Notes: a model not told the origin generated them from the letters alone. A DNA stretch of 64,000 bases from Methanomassiliicoccales archaeon (GCA_030593295.1 JAUVHO010000006.1:281-64280), one strand, 5' to 3'. Shown: positions 16,719 through 25,994, counted from the first letter of the stretch. A program made the numbers and translations.

Positions 16719-19700
16719 CTAAGCCTTCAGATGCTTCTCCATTATCTCCCCGACTCCGGAGAATTCGCTTAGTGATCTATCCACACTCTCAATCATTTCC
16801 GAGTATTTCTTTTCAATCTCTTCTATGGCATTTTTCATCGGCTGGACGTTTCTCGCGTTCTCGTGGCCGCTGTAGACGACTGCCAGGTAGACACTCTTCC
16901 CCCTCTCGATCAATATCTTGTGATTCCCAAACTCAATCCTCTTCACGGGGGAGTCCTCAACTTCCCTGAAGGAGTCACCGATGAATGACTGGATGGCAGT
17001 CAACATCCCCGAAAATATGTCCTTATCCATTTCCGTCTCTGTTCCGATGGCTGTGTGTGCAATCAACATCCCGTCTGCGTGGATCAGGAAAGCCTCGTCG
17101 ATGTATATCTTCCCCAGGAACTGCTTGGCCAGAAGGAACGCTATTAACAGAGTCAGAATGGCCACCAGTAAGGACCACGGCCAAAATATCTGATCCCAGA
17201 TAGTCGGAGCAGGCGGACCGACAACCCTGACGTTGAACGATGTGAAGGTGGTCTTGTTCCCGTCACTGACCCTCAATTGCAAAATGTAGTCTCCTTCTTC
17301 GTCGAAGCTGAAGATGATGTAAGAACCGGCTATCGCTATTGTTGCATCCAAGTGCACGCTCACTATCGATATGTCCAGTTCGGAGAAATTGTTGTCAATG
17401 TCAAGAATGTGGTTGAGAAGATTAAGGGTATGGACAGCTCCTTCGGCTAGCTCTTGATCTGGGATGGGGGGGTACACAACTGGCGCGTCATTCACAGGAA
17501 TCACGGTGATTCGTATCGTCTGCTCCAGAACTGCGCCATGAATGTCCATTGCTCTGAAGGTGACTAACTCGAATCCAGACCAGTTGGCCGCGGATGAGAA
17601 AGAAACAACCGATGTCGTCTCGTCTATCTCCACAAAGACGTTGTTGGATATGCTTGAGTATGACAATTCATCCCCTTCCGGGTCAATGAAGTGATTGTCC
17701 AGGTCGAATGCATTGCTCAGCGGAATGTCCTCGTGCAGTTCATAATCTGGTATGGGTGAGGATATCTCTGGCGGCCAATTCTCCAGTATGGTGATGTTGA
17801 TGTCCTGGTATGCCAGACTTGAGTTGTCGGAGACCGTGATCCTGACCACAACTGTCTGCCCTTTCATGCTCTCGGGATAATGGATTTCCATGATCGAGTT
17901 CTTCGAACTGTTGAAGAAGATGTGGGTTTGGTCGTCAGTTGATATGCTCAATTCTGAGATGGGGTTGTCCTCGTCGTAGATATAGGGCTCCAGATCAAAG
18001 GTGTAATTGTAGTTGGGTCTGGAAGGATCGTCATAGTGAACTGCCAAGTCGGGGACTCCGGATATCGATGGAGCGTCGTTCACCGGCAACACCGTGACCA
18101 GAACGATGTCCTCAGCCCTTGCGTTGTAGGGATCTATCGCCCTGAAGGATACGGTTTCCACACCGGACCAGTCATCAGGTGCTATGAAGTCGACCGAATG
18201 GTTCTCATGGATGACTATCTGGGTGTTCACATTTCCGCTCGAGTAGTAGAGACTGTCCCCATCCGGATCATCGAAGTAGTCATCCAGGTCGAAGTAATCT
18301 CTGGCCACCTCTCCCTCGAAAATTACAACATCTGGTAGCTCCCTAATCAATACGGGCACATAATCCTCCGAAACGGTTATGGCTAGCACTGTTGTCCTCC
18401 ACCCGCCATCTCCATCATACACTGTTACTTCCGGATAGACCGTTTGACCGTTGAACTCCACCGGATAGGTGAACGTGCCCCAGAGCCCAGAAAATGACAC
18501 GTATTGGGGTTGAGAACTCTCTAGAACGAGCTCCTCTTTGGGTGTTTCCACATCCTCTACGTAGTCGTAGAAGTAATATGTGTACGGTACGTCATAGTGA
18601 ACCGTGAACGGCGTAATGCTGTGGATTATCGGGTTGTCGTTGACCGGAGTTATGTTCACCCAGAACTTCTGGCCGTCCACCTGTCCATCGCTGTCCCTCA
18701 GCCATATTGTCATCTCGTCGCTCCCGTAGGCGTCTTTCACTGTGGTGAACATGATTATGTGGTTACCTGTTACCTCATCTCCAGAAATTATGATCAGTGA
18801 GGGGTCATTCTCCGTGAAGAACCAGGTCAGGTCTGATAGGGGGTCCTGCGGGTCGCTAGCAAAGGAAGAGATATCCAATGTCCAACTGCCATAGTCCTCC
18901 GGCCTCTGCTGACTGGGTATTGTTCCTACAATCTCTGGTTTCACATTCACGGCCGCAACATCTATCGTCGAACTGGCAGTCACGTTGTTCTGGAATACGG
19001 CTGTGACCCTTATCCATCCATTTGACAGCTCGGTGTCTCGAGCCTGGAGCATTGCTCCACTGGCCGCGGAGTTCACGATTGTGCCCGCGTTGGTTTCCCA
19101 GAGTGGATTGACAAGGGGGACAATATTGCCATCTGAATCAGATCCTTCCGCAGTGAAGTTCTGGTACTCTTCGGTGAGCAATATCACACTGGGTGGATCA
19201 AGAACGATTATGGCCAGCTGACCTGCAATAACAGGTATCTGATCGGTAGTGTTCGTAAGCCCCATTCCACCGTCGATTGTGATCGTTCCAACGCCAACAG
19301 TGGTCGCATCAAAGACCGATGTCTGGGAGGGACCGACCGGTATTGTTCCAATCACGCCACTGACGGACCATGACACAGTTGCCGGTCCGATCTGATTCCC
19401 ATCCGAATCATACGAATATGCAGCGAGATTCACGTTATCGTCTGTGGTCAGAGTTCCAGGGCTCCAGGGCTCAATGCCTATTCGACTTCGGGCGCCTGCG
19501 ACCACTTGAATGATGTTCGTTGTGTTCGAATGTCCATTTCCATCGTCCGCACTCACCGTACCCAGGCCAGGTGTTGTTGGATCGAAAAGAGCCGAAGAAC
19601 TCGGCCCGATTGGTATGGTCCCAATTCCTCCAGAGACACTCCAATTTGCCGCAATTGGACCAATGGAATTGCCTTTGGAATCATATCCAATGGAGTTGAA

Positions 19701-21938
19701 CAACTGTGTGTCATCTGTGGCTAGGATCCCAGGATCCCACGGGTTGATTCCTATCCTTGCCACGTTACCGCTGGTCACACTGACCACGGTGTAGTTCGAG
19801 ACCGAATCATCCGAATTATTGCAGTAAACTCTCCAGACTCCTACCATACCTGGGTAGTAGAGGCCCGAAGTGTTGACCAAGCCCCAAGGGTCGTCCGTTT
19901 CCCACTTCTCAACGAACGGTGTTTGATGATGGTATGCATCATGGCCGAGGGCGTCAAGGTCGACCCATTCATCAGTCGTCCCGATCCATGTCGCTTGAGA
20001 CATGTGAATGTGATGAAGAGGTCCAATGACCACGTACCGGAGATTCATTTCTAGAAGAGTCGGAGTCACCGAAGTATTCGTCGTTTCCAGATTTGCCCTG
20101 AACCTGATCTTCGGTATGGGGGTGGCACTCAAATTGTCTCCAGGATTCAGATTGGTCCAGTTGGATCCCGAATCAATGGAATACCAGAAAGTTATCATCG
20201 TTTCTGCCGGTGTAACCATGGTTGCGTTGAAAACCTCCCAACTCCCAACGTCTAAAGGTATGAAGTCCTCTGTCTCCACTCTTCCGCTTAAGGAATACTT
20301 CAGGAAGCTGACATCAACCTCTAACAGGGCAGGAGTATAGGCCCTGTCAAGAGTCCCGAGATATGCTCTGTACTGAATGTATCTGGCAGAGGGGCTTGGT
20401 ATGGTCTCTCCGCCTGAAATCGTCAACTCGCCTGACCAACTGCTCCAAGTGCCATCGATTGTTGGAGAATGACCCGTCCTTGTCTGCAGAGATATGCTGG
20501 TGGAAGCCGCTGGTATGTTCTCTCCCCACGACATGTTATTCCAGACGGCCGAGCTTCCTGCATCATATATCACAGAAGTCAGGTTGCCCAGAGGTAAGTA
20601 CTCATACACGCCCATGATGCTGATATTGTCTACACTCACGCTAGCAATTACATCGTTGAACGTATTCGCCAGCAAATGAAACTGAAAGCTGATTTCATAC
20701 GTTCCCGGATTTGTACTCCATTGGCTTATGTCCACCGCTATTGATGTCCAAGGCTCAATTCCGACCAGACTTTTCGTCCACGTCAATGAATTGTTGATGT
20801 ATACATCGATGTCCGCAACACTGATGTTGGCTATCTCCTCTGCTGTGTAGTCGAATGTCAGGTTCACCATTCCCGGCATGTCTGGAGTATATGATTGTTT
20901 GTTGAAAGTCTGATTGGCATAGGCTATCTCATCGAACTGCATCCAGGGTCCACCATCTATCAGCACGATCTCGTCAACGTACAGTTCAATTGGATTGGGG
21001 GTTGGAGCGTCCGTAAGATGAATGCGTAACACATCAACAATAGCTAACGTGCTGCTTCCTGCGGGACCGGACCCCTCAAATCCAGTGACGTCGAACGTGT
21101 AGGTGTTCCATCCCGAGACCATCGGCTGTGAGGAGGTCTCCCAAAACGTGCTGACAGTGTCCGAAACAGCCGCCAATTGCAGATGCATCGTCTCGCCGAG
21201 ATCATCAAGGGTGTATGCCTTCACGGCTATCGCACTTACAGTTGACCAGTTCCAGGTTCCTGTGTCATTCCTTTCCACCCCATACTGCTTGCCAGGAGTG
21301 TTGAGAGTGAGCACAATCCTCATATTACCAGTACCTTCAGCTATTGGAGGTGCCGAATTCTGGAAGAAATCTCCATCATTCTTCGATTCTTTTGCATCTT
21401 CAGCCCATTCAGTGAGGACCACATCGTCCATTGAATCGAATATCTGGTTGGTGATGTTGGAAACAACGTTGTCATGAAACCACAGATCCTGATCGGTCGA
21501 AGACCATTCCACCGTCACATTGTCAGTGCTGCCGTTCGTCAGCGTCCAGTAATTGCTGGATGTCAAGTTCCCATTTCTGATCATTTCGGTGTGGTTGTGG
21601 GAGAGAAGAACACTTCCATCTGGAGTAGTGGTCACATTCTGCTTTGAGCCCGAATCGAAATCAGCTTGTGTTGTCTGGTTCCACCAATACTCGCTTGCCG
21701 AAAGATTCGCCTCTCCACCACTGATGGTCGCATTCAACGCCGTGTAGTTCGCCGGATTCTGAAATGACCATGTTGCAGTTGTGGTTCCGTCCAAGTTGTC
21801 CTGCAGAGATGGATCTCCGATTATGCCTCCAAACATCGAGACAAAGTTTGAGAATATCAGAATACCAAGAATTACGATCAATAGAGCATTCTCTGTGCCA
21901 GAAGGGTTACCTCTTCTATCTTCAGGTGCTTTCTTCAC
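16719..21938 (-). CDS. Giant surface protein, paralog 1 (1739 aa): N-terminal anchor, large N-glycosylation-sequon-rich ectodomain, Big_2-like Ig repeats, cadherin-like modules, C-terminal TM helix, Roadblock-like cytoplasmic tail
   Basis: GTG start with CCGGAGGGAA 5 nt upstream. N-terminus MKKAPEDRRGNPSGTENALLIVILGILIFSNF. Long collinear similarity to paralog 2, for example HIHMSQATWIGTTDEWVDLDALGHDAYHHQTPFVEKWETDDPWG versus HIHMSVPTWTGTTDEWVDLDAIGHDVFHHTTPFTEKWETDDPWG. TM helix IFWPWSLLVAILTLLIAFLLA. Confidence 0.9.
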   Translation of the reverse strand: MKKAPEDRRGNPSGTENALLIVILGILIFSNFVSMFGGIIGDPSLQDNLDGTTTATWSFQNPANYTALNATISGGEANLSASEYWWNQTTQADFDSGSKQNVTTTPDGSVLLSHNHTEMIRNGNLTSSNYWTLTNGSTDNVTVEWSSTDQDLWFHDNVVSNITNQIFDSMDDVVLTEWAEDAKESKNDGDFFQNSAPPIAEGTGNMRIVLTLNTPGKQYGVERNDTGTWNWSTVSAIAVKAYTLDDLGETMHLQLAAVSDTVSTFWETSSQPMVSGWNTYTFDVTGFEGSGPAGSSTLAIVDVLRIHLTDAPTPNPIELYVDEIVLIDGGPWMQFDEIAYANQTFNKQSYTPDMPGMVNLTFDYTAEEIANISVADIDVYINNSLTWTKSLVGIEPWTSIAVDISQWSTNPGTYEISFQFHLLANTFNDVIASVSVDNISIMGVYEYLPLGNLTSVIYDAGSSAVWNNMSWGENIPAASTSISLQTRTGHSPTIDGTWSSWSGELTISGGETIPSPSARYIQYRAYLGTLDRAYTPALLEVDVSFLKYSLSGRVETEDFIPLDVGSWEVFNATMVTPAETMITFWYSIDSGSNWTNLNPGDNLSATPIPKIRFRANLETTNTSVTPTLLEMNLRYVVIGPLHHIHMSQATWIGTTDEWVDLDALGHDAYHHQTPFVEKWETDDPWGLVNTSGLYYPGMVGVWRVYCNNSDDSVSNYTVVSVTSGNVARIGINPWDPGILATDDTQLFNSIGYDSKGNSIGPIAANWSVSGGIGTIPIGPSSSALFDPTTPGLGTVSADDGNGHSNTTNIIQVVAGARSRIGIEPWSPGTLTTDDNVNLAAYSYDSDGNQIGPATVSWSVSGVIGTIPVGPSQTSVFDATTVGVGTITIDGGMGLTNTTDQIPVIAGQLAIIVLDPPSVILLTEEYQNFTAEGSDSDGNIVPLVNPLWETNAGTIVNSAASGAMLQARDTELSNGWIRVTAVFQNNVTASSTIDVAAVNVKPEIVGTIPSQQRPEDYGSWTLDISSFASDPQDPLSDLTWFFTENDPSLIIISGDEVTGNHIIMFTTVKDAYGSDEMTIWLRDSDGQVDGQKFWVNITPVNDNPIIHSITPFTVHYDVPYTYYFYDYVEDVETPKEELVLESSQPQYVSFSGLWGTFTYPVEFNGQTVYPEVTVYDGDGGWRTTVLAITVSEDYVPVLIRELPDVVIFEGEVARDYFDLDDYFDDPDGDSLYYSSGNVNTQIVIHENHSVDFIAPDDWSGVETVSFRAIDPYNARAEDIVLVTVLPVNDAPSISGVPDLAVHYDDPSRPNYNYTFDLEPYIYDEDNPISELSISTDDQTHIFFNSSKNSIMEIHYPESMKGQTVVVRITVSDNSSLAYQDINITILENWPPEISSPIPDYELHEDIPLSNAFDLDNHFIDPEGDELSYSSISNNVFVEIDETTSVVSFSSAANWSGFELVTFRAMDIHGAVLEQTIRITVIPVNDAPVVYPPIPDQELAEGAVHTLNLLNHILDIDNNFSELDISIVSVHLDATIAIAGSYIIFSFDEEGDYILQLRVSDGNKTTFTSFNVRVVGPPAPTIWDQIFWPWSLLVAILTLLIAFLLAKQFLGKIYIDEAFLIHADGMLIAHTAIGTETEMDKDIFSGMLTAIQSFIGDSFREVEDSPVKRIEFGNHKILIERGKSVYLAVVYSGHENARNVQPMKNAIEEIEKKYSEMIESVDRSLSEFSGVGEIMEKHLKA
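16793..17108 (-). other. Roadblock/LC7-like (MglB-type) cytoplasmic domain of paralog 1
   Basis: Sequence IYIDEAFLIHADGMLIAHTAIGTETEMDKDIFSGMLTAIQSFIGDSFREVEDSPVKRIEFGNHKILIERGKSVYLAVVYSGHENARNVQPMKNAIEEIEKKY. Roughly two thirds identical by eye to the paralog 2 tail. Confidence 0.55.
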
Positions 21939-21996
21939 TTGTTCCCTCCGGGTGGAACTTCCTGCTGCAACTCTTTGAAAGGATTACTCGACTCTG

Positions 21997-22004
21997 CTAT
22001 ATAG
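21997..22004 (-). promoter_or_regulatory. Candidate TATA box (CTATATAG) for paralog 1
   Basis: It lies 58 nt upstream of GTG 21938 and is flanked by GGTAATCCTGAAGC, which is conserved upstream of paralog 2 as GGTATTCCTGAAAC. Confidence 0.35.
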
Positions 22005-22077
22005 CTGGCTTCAGGATTACCAGTGTTGAAAATCAACTCTGATAGCAGAACGGATTATTCTGCAAATGAACATGTTC

Positions 22078-22121
22078 TGAAAAGGGTTCGATTCCCCCAC
22101 AATCGGATGTGTTCCTGGGGG
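22078..22121 (-). terminator. Hairpin plus short T-run immediately after the GTPase stop
   Basis: Minus strand reads TAG aa CCCCCA-16 nt-TGGGGG aatcgaaCCCTTTTC. The stem is 6 bp and the T-run is only 4 T, so at best a leaky terminator. Confidence 0.3.
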
Positions 22122-22123
22122 TT

Positions 22124-22735
22124 CTAGGAAGCCGGACTGCCCGCGGCATCTTCTGTGGTCGCTGACACGTCCTCGGAGAGCTTCCTCTCCACTATCCGTC
22201 TCATGATCTCGTTGGTCAGGTCCTCGAATATCCTCTCCACATTCTCTCCGGTCAAGGCGCTGGCTGTCGAGTACTCCGCGTGGTTCTTCTCGGCCACTCG
22301 TCTGAGTTCTTCTTCGCTTACCACCTTTTCGTCCCCGAGATCATTCTTGTTGCCAACCGTGACGATGGGAACCTCGCCGGCAACTGCGTGTGTTCTTTCC
22401 AGCCAATCCTCAACACCTTCGAGGGTCCGAGGTCTTGTCAGGTCGCAGACAGCAATAATGCCATCCACTCCGAAGAAGTAAGCCTCTTGGAGAAGGGCTC
22501 TGAAGCCATGTTGGCCCATGATATCCCATATCGCCATATCAACGGCAATATCCCCATCTCCCATTGGATTTGGAATGACCATCTCTCTCTTTGTGATCTT
22601 GGTGCCCAATGTAGTTATGTACTTGTCGCTGAACTCATCGTACACGAACTTTCTTATCAGGCTCGTCTTCCCGACTGCGGAGTCTCCAACTAGGCACACC
22701 TTCAACTTCAGCAGGTCACTGTAATCTCTTTTCAT
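22124..22735 (-). CDS. Ras/Rab-like small GTPase (203 aa)
   Basis: G1 GDSAVGKT, switch I YITTLGT, G3 WDIMGQ, G4 GNKNDL, G5 SAL. The overall layout matches Rab/Ras (LKVCLVGDSAVGKTSLIRKFVYDEF...). No C-terminal Cys. SD GGTGG upstream. Confidence 0.9.
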   Translation of the reverse strand: MKRDYSDLLKLKVCLVGDSAVGKTSLIRKFVYDEFSDKYITTLGTKITKREMVIPNPMGDGDIAVDMAIWDIMGQHGFRALLQEAYFFGVDGIIAVCDLTRPRTLEGVEDWLERTHAVAGEVPIVTVGNKNDLGDEKVVSEEELRRVAEKNHAEYSTASALTGENVERIFEDLTNEIMRRIVERKLSEDVSATTEDAAGSPAS

Positions 22736-22780
22736 CGTCCCGCCACCTTCTGGGTAGGTATTGGAAAGCTCTCTTGGAAC

Positions 22781-22819
22781 CTTATAACCATTTTGCAGGG
22801 GTTATCAGAGGTGATAACC
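22781..22819 (-). promoter_or_regulatory. Candidate GTPase promoter: TATA (GGTTATAAG on the minus strand) plus an 8-bp inverted repeat GGTTATCA/TGATAACC
   Basis: The TATA-like motif lies about 46 nt upstream of ATG 22735. The inverted repeat is at 22800-22819. The ATAACC/GGTTAT half-site occurs three times (22784-22789, 22800-22805, 22814-22819). Confidence 0.3.
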
Positions 22820-22914
22820 TGAGAGGCACCACCAGGTCGGTCTGCACAAGTTTAATATGTTCTTTGAATATTGAGCAGTCGACTGGGTCGCGGTGTCGTG
22901 ACCTGGCTAGATGT

Positions 22915-23027
22915 GGGCCCGTAGCTTAGCCTGGTGGAGCGTCTGGCTCATAACCAGATGGTCGTCGGTTCGAAAAGCGATGTGCATCCTTTCGTACGCA
23001 CCCGTTGCGAAAATCCGGCCGGGCCCA
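22915..23027 (+). tRNA. tRNA with CAT anticodon (elongator Met or Ile2) carrying a 39-nt intron in the T-loop
   Basis: Acceptor GGGCCCG/CGGGCCC, D stem GCTT/GAGC, anticodon stem TCTGG/CCAGA with loop CTCATAA. T stem GTCGG (22964-22968) / CCGGC (23015-23019) encloses 46 nt instead of 7. G1-C72 argues against an initiator tRNA. Confidence 0.8.
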
Positions 23028-23139
23028 CTTCTTACACACGTATAATCTCGATCCCTTGCTCCTGTCATCGTTTGGTCTGAAACCTTTGTGGTGACCGGAT
23101 GTGAAAGAGTTTTTTAGTTGCTATGCATTGAAACGTGCA

Positions 23140-25890
23140 ATGGGCGCCATGGAGACCTTGGACCCCCGGATTCAGGAATGTCTTCTGGAACTGGGCATCG
23201 ACCAGCTCACCGAGCTGCAGGAGAGGTCAATCCCACTTCTCGCTGAAGGCAAGAACGCTCTTCTCATAGCGCCGACAGGGATCGGGAAGACCGAGGCCGC
23301 TGTGCTCCCCCTACTCCAGAAGATAATGGCCGAGAAGCCCAAGAAGATAAGCCTGGTATACATCACGCCGTTGAGAGCATTGAACAGGGACATGCTCAGG
23401 AGAATGAGCTTCTTCGGGGAACACCTTGGGATCGATGTCGTCGTCAGACACGGGGACACCTCGCAGAGGGAGCGGACAAGGCAGTCCAAACATCCTCCAG
23501 ACGTTCTCATCACAACTCCTGAGACGCTCCAGATAATGTTCACAGGACGGAGGCTCAGATCCCAATTGACCAATGTCCGATGGGTTGTCATTGACGAGAT
23601 ACATGAGCTGGCCGGTGACGAGAGAGGCGGGCAGCTCGCGGTCGGATTGGAGAGGTTGACCGCCTTATCCGGAAGGGACTTCCAGAGGATCGGGCTCTCA
23701 GCCACCGTTGGCAACGATCAAGAGGTTGCGAACTACCTCGGAGGCGTGGGAAGGGATGTGGAGATCGTTCGTGTGGATATCCCAAAGGGCATGAAGATAT
23801 TCGTGGAGGTCCCTGAAGCCAAGAAGTCAGACGAGAAACTTGCTGAAGAAATCCACATCATCGAGGAACTGGCGCCAGCTGTGAGGAGATGCAGGACTCT
23901 TATCGAGGAGCATAATTCCACATTGTTCTTTGTCAACACCAGGGACAACGCCGAATTCCTGACCTCAAGGTTGAAGCTCTGGGACGAAGCCTTGCCCATA
24001 GGGGTCCATCACGGTTCGCTTTCGAAGAACGTTCGGATACAAATGGAGGACGAGTTCAAATCCAGGATACTCAAGACCCTGGTGTGCACTTCTTCACTGG
24101 AACTCGGCATCGACGTTGGCCATGCGGATTTCGTGCTCCAGTTCAATTCGCCTCGGCAGGTCGGAAGGCTCACGCAGAGGATCGGGAGATCCGGTCACGG
24201 CGTCGGAGAGGTCTCTGACGGAAGGGTCATTGCCACTGACCCGGACGATTTCGCCGAGGCGATCGTCATCGCAAGGCGATCTCTATCACGCGAACTCGAG
24301 GACCTGAAGGTGAGGGAGAACGATTTGTGTGTGCTGGCAAACCAGATCGTAGCCATCGGAATGACCAGTCGTAAGAACGACGCGGATGAGATCTTCGAGA
24401 TGATCAGCAGGGCGTATCCTTTTAGGAACCTGGACAAGTCAAAGTTCGTAAGCGTGCTGGAGCAATTGAACGAGCTCAGGACCATATGGATGAGAGATGG
24501 CTCCTTCTCCAGGTCCAGAGGGTCGATGGACTACTTCTACGAGAACATCTCCATGATCCCCGATGAGAACACCTACGTGGTCGAGGACATTAGCTCCAGG
24601 AGGCCGATCGGCATCCTGGACGAGAGCTTCGTTGCGTCCTACGCGGAGACCGGCACCACCTTCATCATGAAGGGAATCACCTGGCAGATCGTGGAGCTCA
24701 AGGAGGACAGGATTCTAGTCGAACGATATCATCGGATCGGGACCATACCGAACTGGATCGGCGAGGAGATACCTGTCCCCTTCGAAGTGGCCATGGAGGT
24801 CGGGGCTCTTCGAAGATCATCTTCATTCGAGGACTACAACTGCAATGATAATGGTAAGGACTTGTTCGTTGAGTATCTGGAATCCCAGAAGAACTCTCCC
24901 GTTCCCACTGACAAGCTGGTGACGATAGAATCGGCGGGGGATGAGATGGTGATAAACGCCTGCTTCGGCAGCAAGACAAACGAAACGCTGGGCAGGTTGA
25001 TATCAGCCATGCTATCCGCTAGGCTCGGGGAAAGCGTGGGAATGAACTCCGACCCATACAGGATAATCATCCAGCTTCCTCGAAAGGGTCATCCGAACTT
25101 GATCAAGGAGGTCCTTATGACCACATACCCTGAAGCTCTGGAGGGTTTCATGAAGATCGTCCTGAGGAACTCGAACCAGCTCAGGTGGCACTTCCTGTAT
25201 GTCGCCAAGAAGTTCGGCGCGGTCAGGAGAGGCATCGACTACCGTCAGGTCAACATCGGGAGGCTCATGGGTGCGTACGAGGACACCCCCATCTTCGAGG
25301 AAGCAATGGACAAGATGGTCTGGCAGAAGATGGATATATCCAAGGCGGCGGAGGTCTTGAGACTCCTTCAAAGCGGGAAGATCGACATCCAGATCTCATA
25401 CGGCCTCTCCAGCATTGCACTAGCTGGCTACGAGAAGGCAAGGGAGCTCGTGGCTCCGAGATACGCGGACAAGCAGACACTGGCCGCCCTCAAGAAAAGG
25501 GTCGACAAGCAGGAGGTCGTTCTCGCTTGCATGAACTGCCAATCGACGACAAGGAATCGGGTAGGGGACGTCCCTGACAAGATCAAATGCGGCGTCTGCG
25601 GCTCTGTCATGATAGCTTCCATCCATCCCCTGGACAGGTCCCTTCTCAAGCTGCTCGAGAAGGAGAACCCCACCGATCTGGAGAAGCGGGAGATCAAGAG
25701 ATTGTTCAAGAACGCGAGCTTGTTGCGCGAAAAGGGTAAGAAGGCAGTATTCGTACTTGCTGGAAGAGGAGTGGGTCCCGATACTGCCGGAAGGATCCTG
25801 GGAAGACTTCACCAGAACGAGGAAGAGCTTCTGCGAGATCTTCTTGCCAGCGAGATCAACTACGCCAAGACTAAGAGGTTCTGGGACTAG
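23140..25890 (+). CDS. lhr: Lhr-type ATP-dependent DEAD/DEAH-box helicase
   Basis: Motifs APTGIGKTEAA, DEIHEL, SATVGN, TSSLELGID and QRIGRSGH. C-terminal CxxC...CxxC zinc ribbon (CMNCQS...CGVCGS). The track start 23101 is GTG; the first ATG is at 23140. Confidence 0.9.
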   Translation: MGAMETLDPRIQECLLELGIDQLTELQERSIPLLAEGKNALLIAPTGIGKTEAAVLPLLQKIMAEKPKKISLVYITPLRALNRDMLRRMSFFGEHLGIDVVVRHGDTSQRERTRQSKHPPDVLITTPETLQIMFTGRRLRSQLTNVRWVVIDEIHELAGDERGGQLAVGLERLTALSGRDFQRIGLSATVGNDQEVANYLGGVGRDVEIVRVDIPKGMKIFVEVPEAKKSDEKLAEEIHIIEELAPAVRRCRTLIEEHNSTLFFVNTRDNAEFLTSRLKLWDEALPIGVHHGSLSKNVRIQMEDEFKSRILKTLVCTSSLELGIDVGHADFVLQFNSPRQVGRLTQRIGRSGHGVGEVSDGRVIATDPDDFAEAIVIARRSLSRELEDLKVRENDLCVLANQIVAIGMTSRKNDADEIFEMISRAYPFRNLDKSKFVSVLEQLNELRTIWMRDGSFSRSRGSMDYFYENISMIPDENTYVVEDISSRRPIGILDESFVASYAETGTTFIMKGITWQIVELKEDRILVERYHRIGTIPNWIGEEIPVPFEVAMEVGALRRSSSFEDYNCNDNGKDLFVEYLESQKNSPVPTDKLVTIESAGDEMVINACFGSKTNETLGRLISAMLSARLGESVGMNSDPYRIIIQLPRKGHPNLIKEVLMTTYPEALEGFMKIVLRNSNQLRWHFLYVAKKFGAVRRGIDYRQVNIGRLMGAYEDTPIFEEAMDKMVWQKMDISKAAEVLRLLQSGKIDIQISYGLSSIALAGYEKARELVAPRYADKQTLAALKKRVDKQEVVLACMNCQSTTRNRVGDVPDKIKCGVCGSVMIASIHPLDRSLLKLLEKENPTDLEKREIKRLFKNASLLREKGKKAVFVLAGRGVGPDTAGRILGRLHQNEEELLRDLLASEINYAKTKRFWD

Positions 25891-25994
25891 GACTGGATAT
25901 TTGTCCACGGCTATTTGAACGACAAAGTTTTATACATTCTCGGTCTTACTAATTTCCGGACTGCGGGAGCTGATGGTTATTGAATGGGAGGGGC

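Noticed and set aside
22084-22121. GGGTTCGATTCCC, which resembles a tRNA T-arm and could be an integration (att) remnant between the GTPase and the giant genes
   Set aside because: Only a 3-bp stem is possible. There is no acceptor or 5' half and no match to the three tRNAs in the window. The CCCCCA/TGGGGG hairpin after the GTPase stop explains the sequence better.
7603-23027. The idea that the giant-gene array is a tRNA-flanked genomic island
   Set aside because: No integrase, transposase or direct repeats of tRNA 3' ends are visible. The paralogs are old duplicates (about 70% nucleotide identity by eye, with no long identical stretches). This cannot be excluded without compositional statistics.
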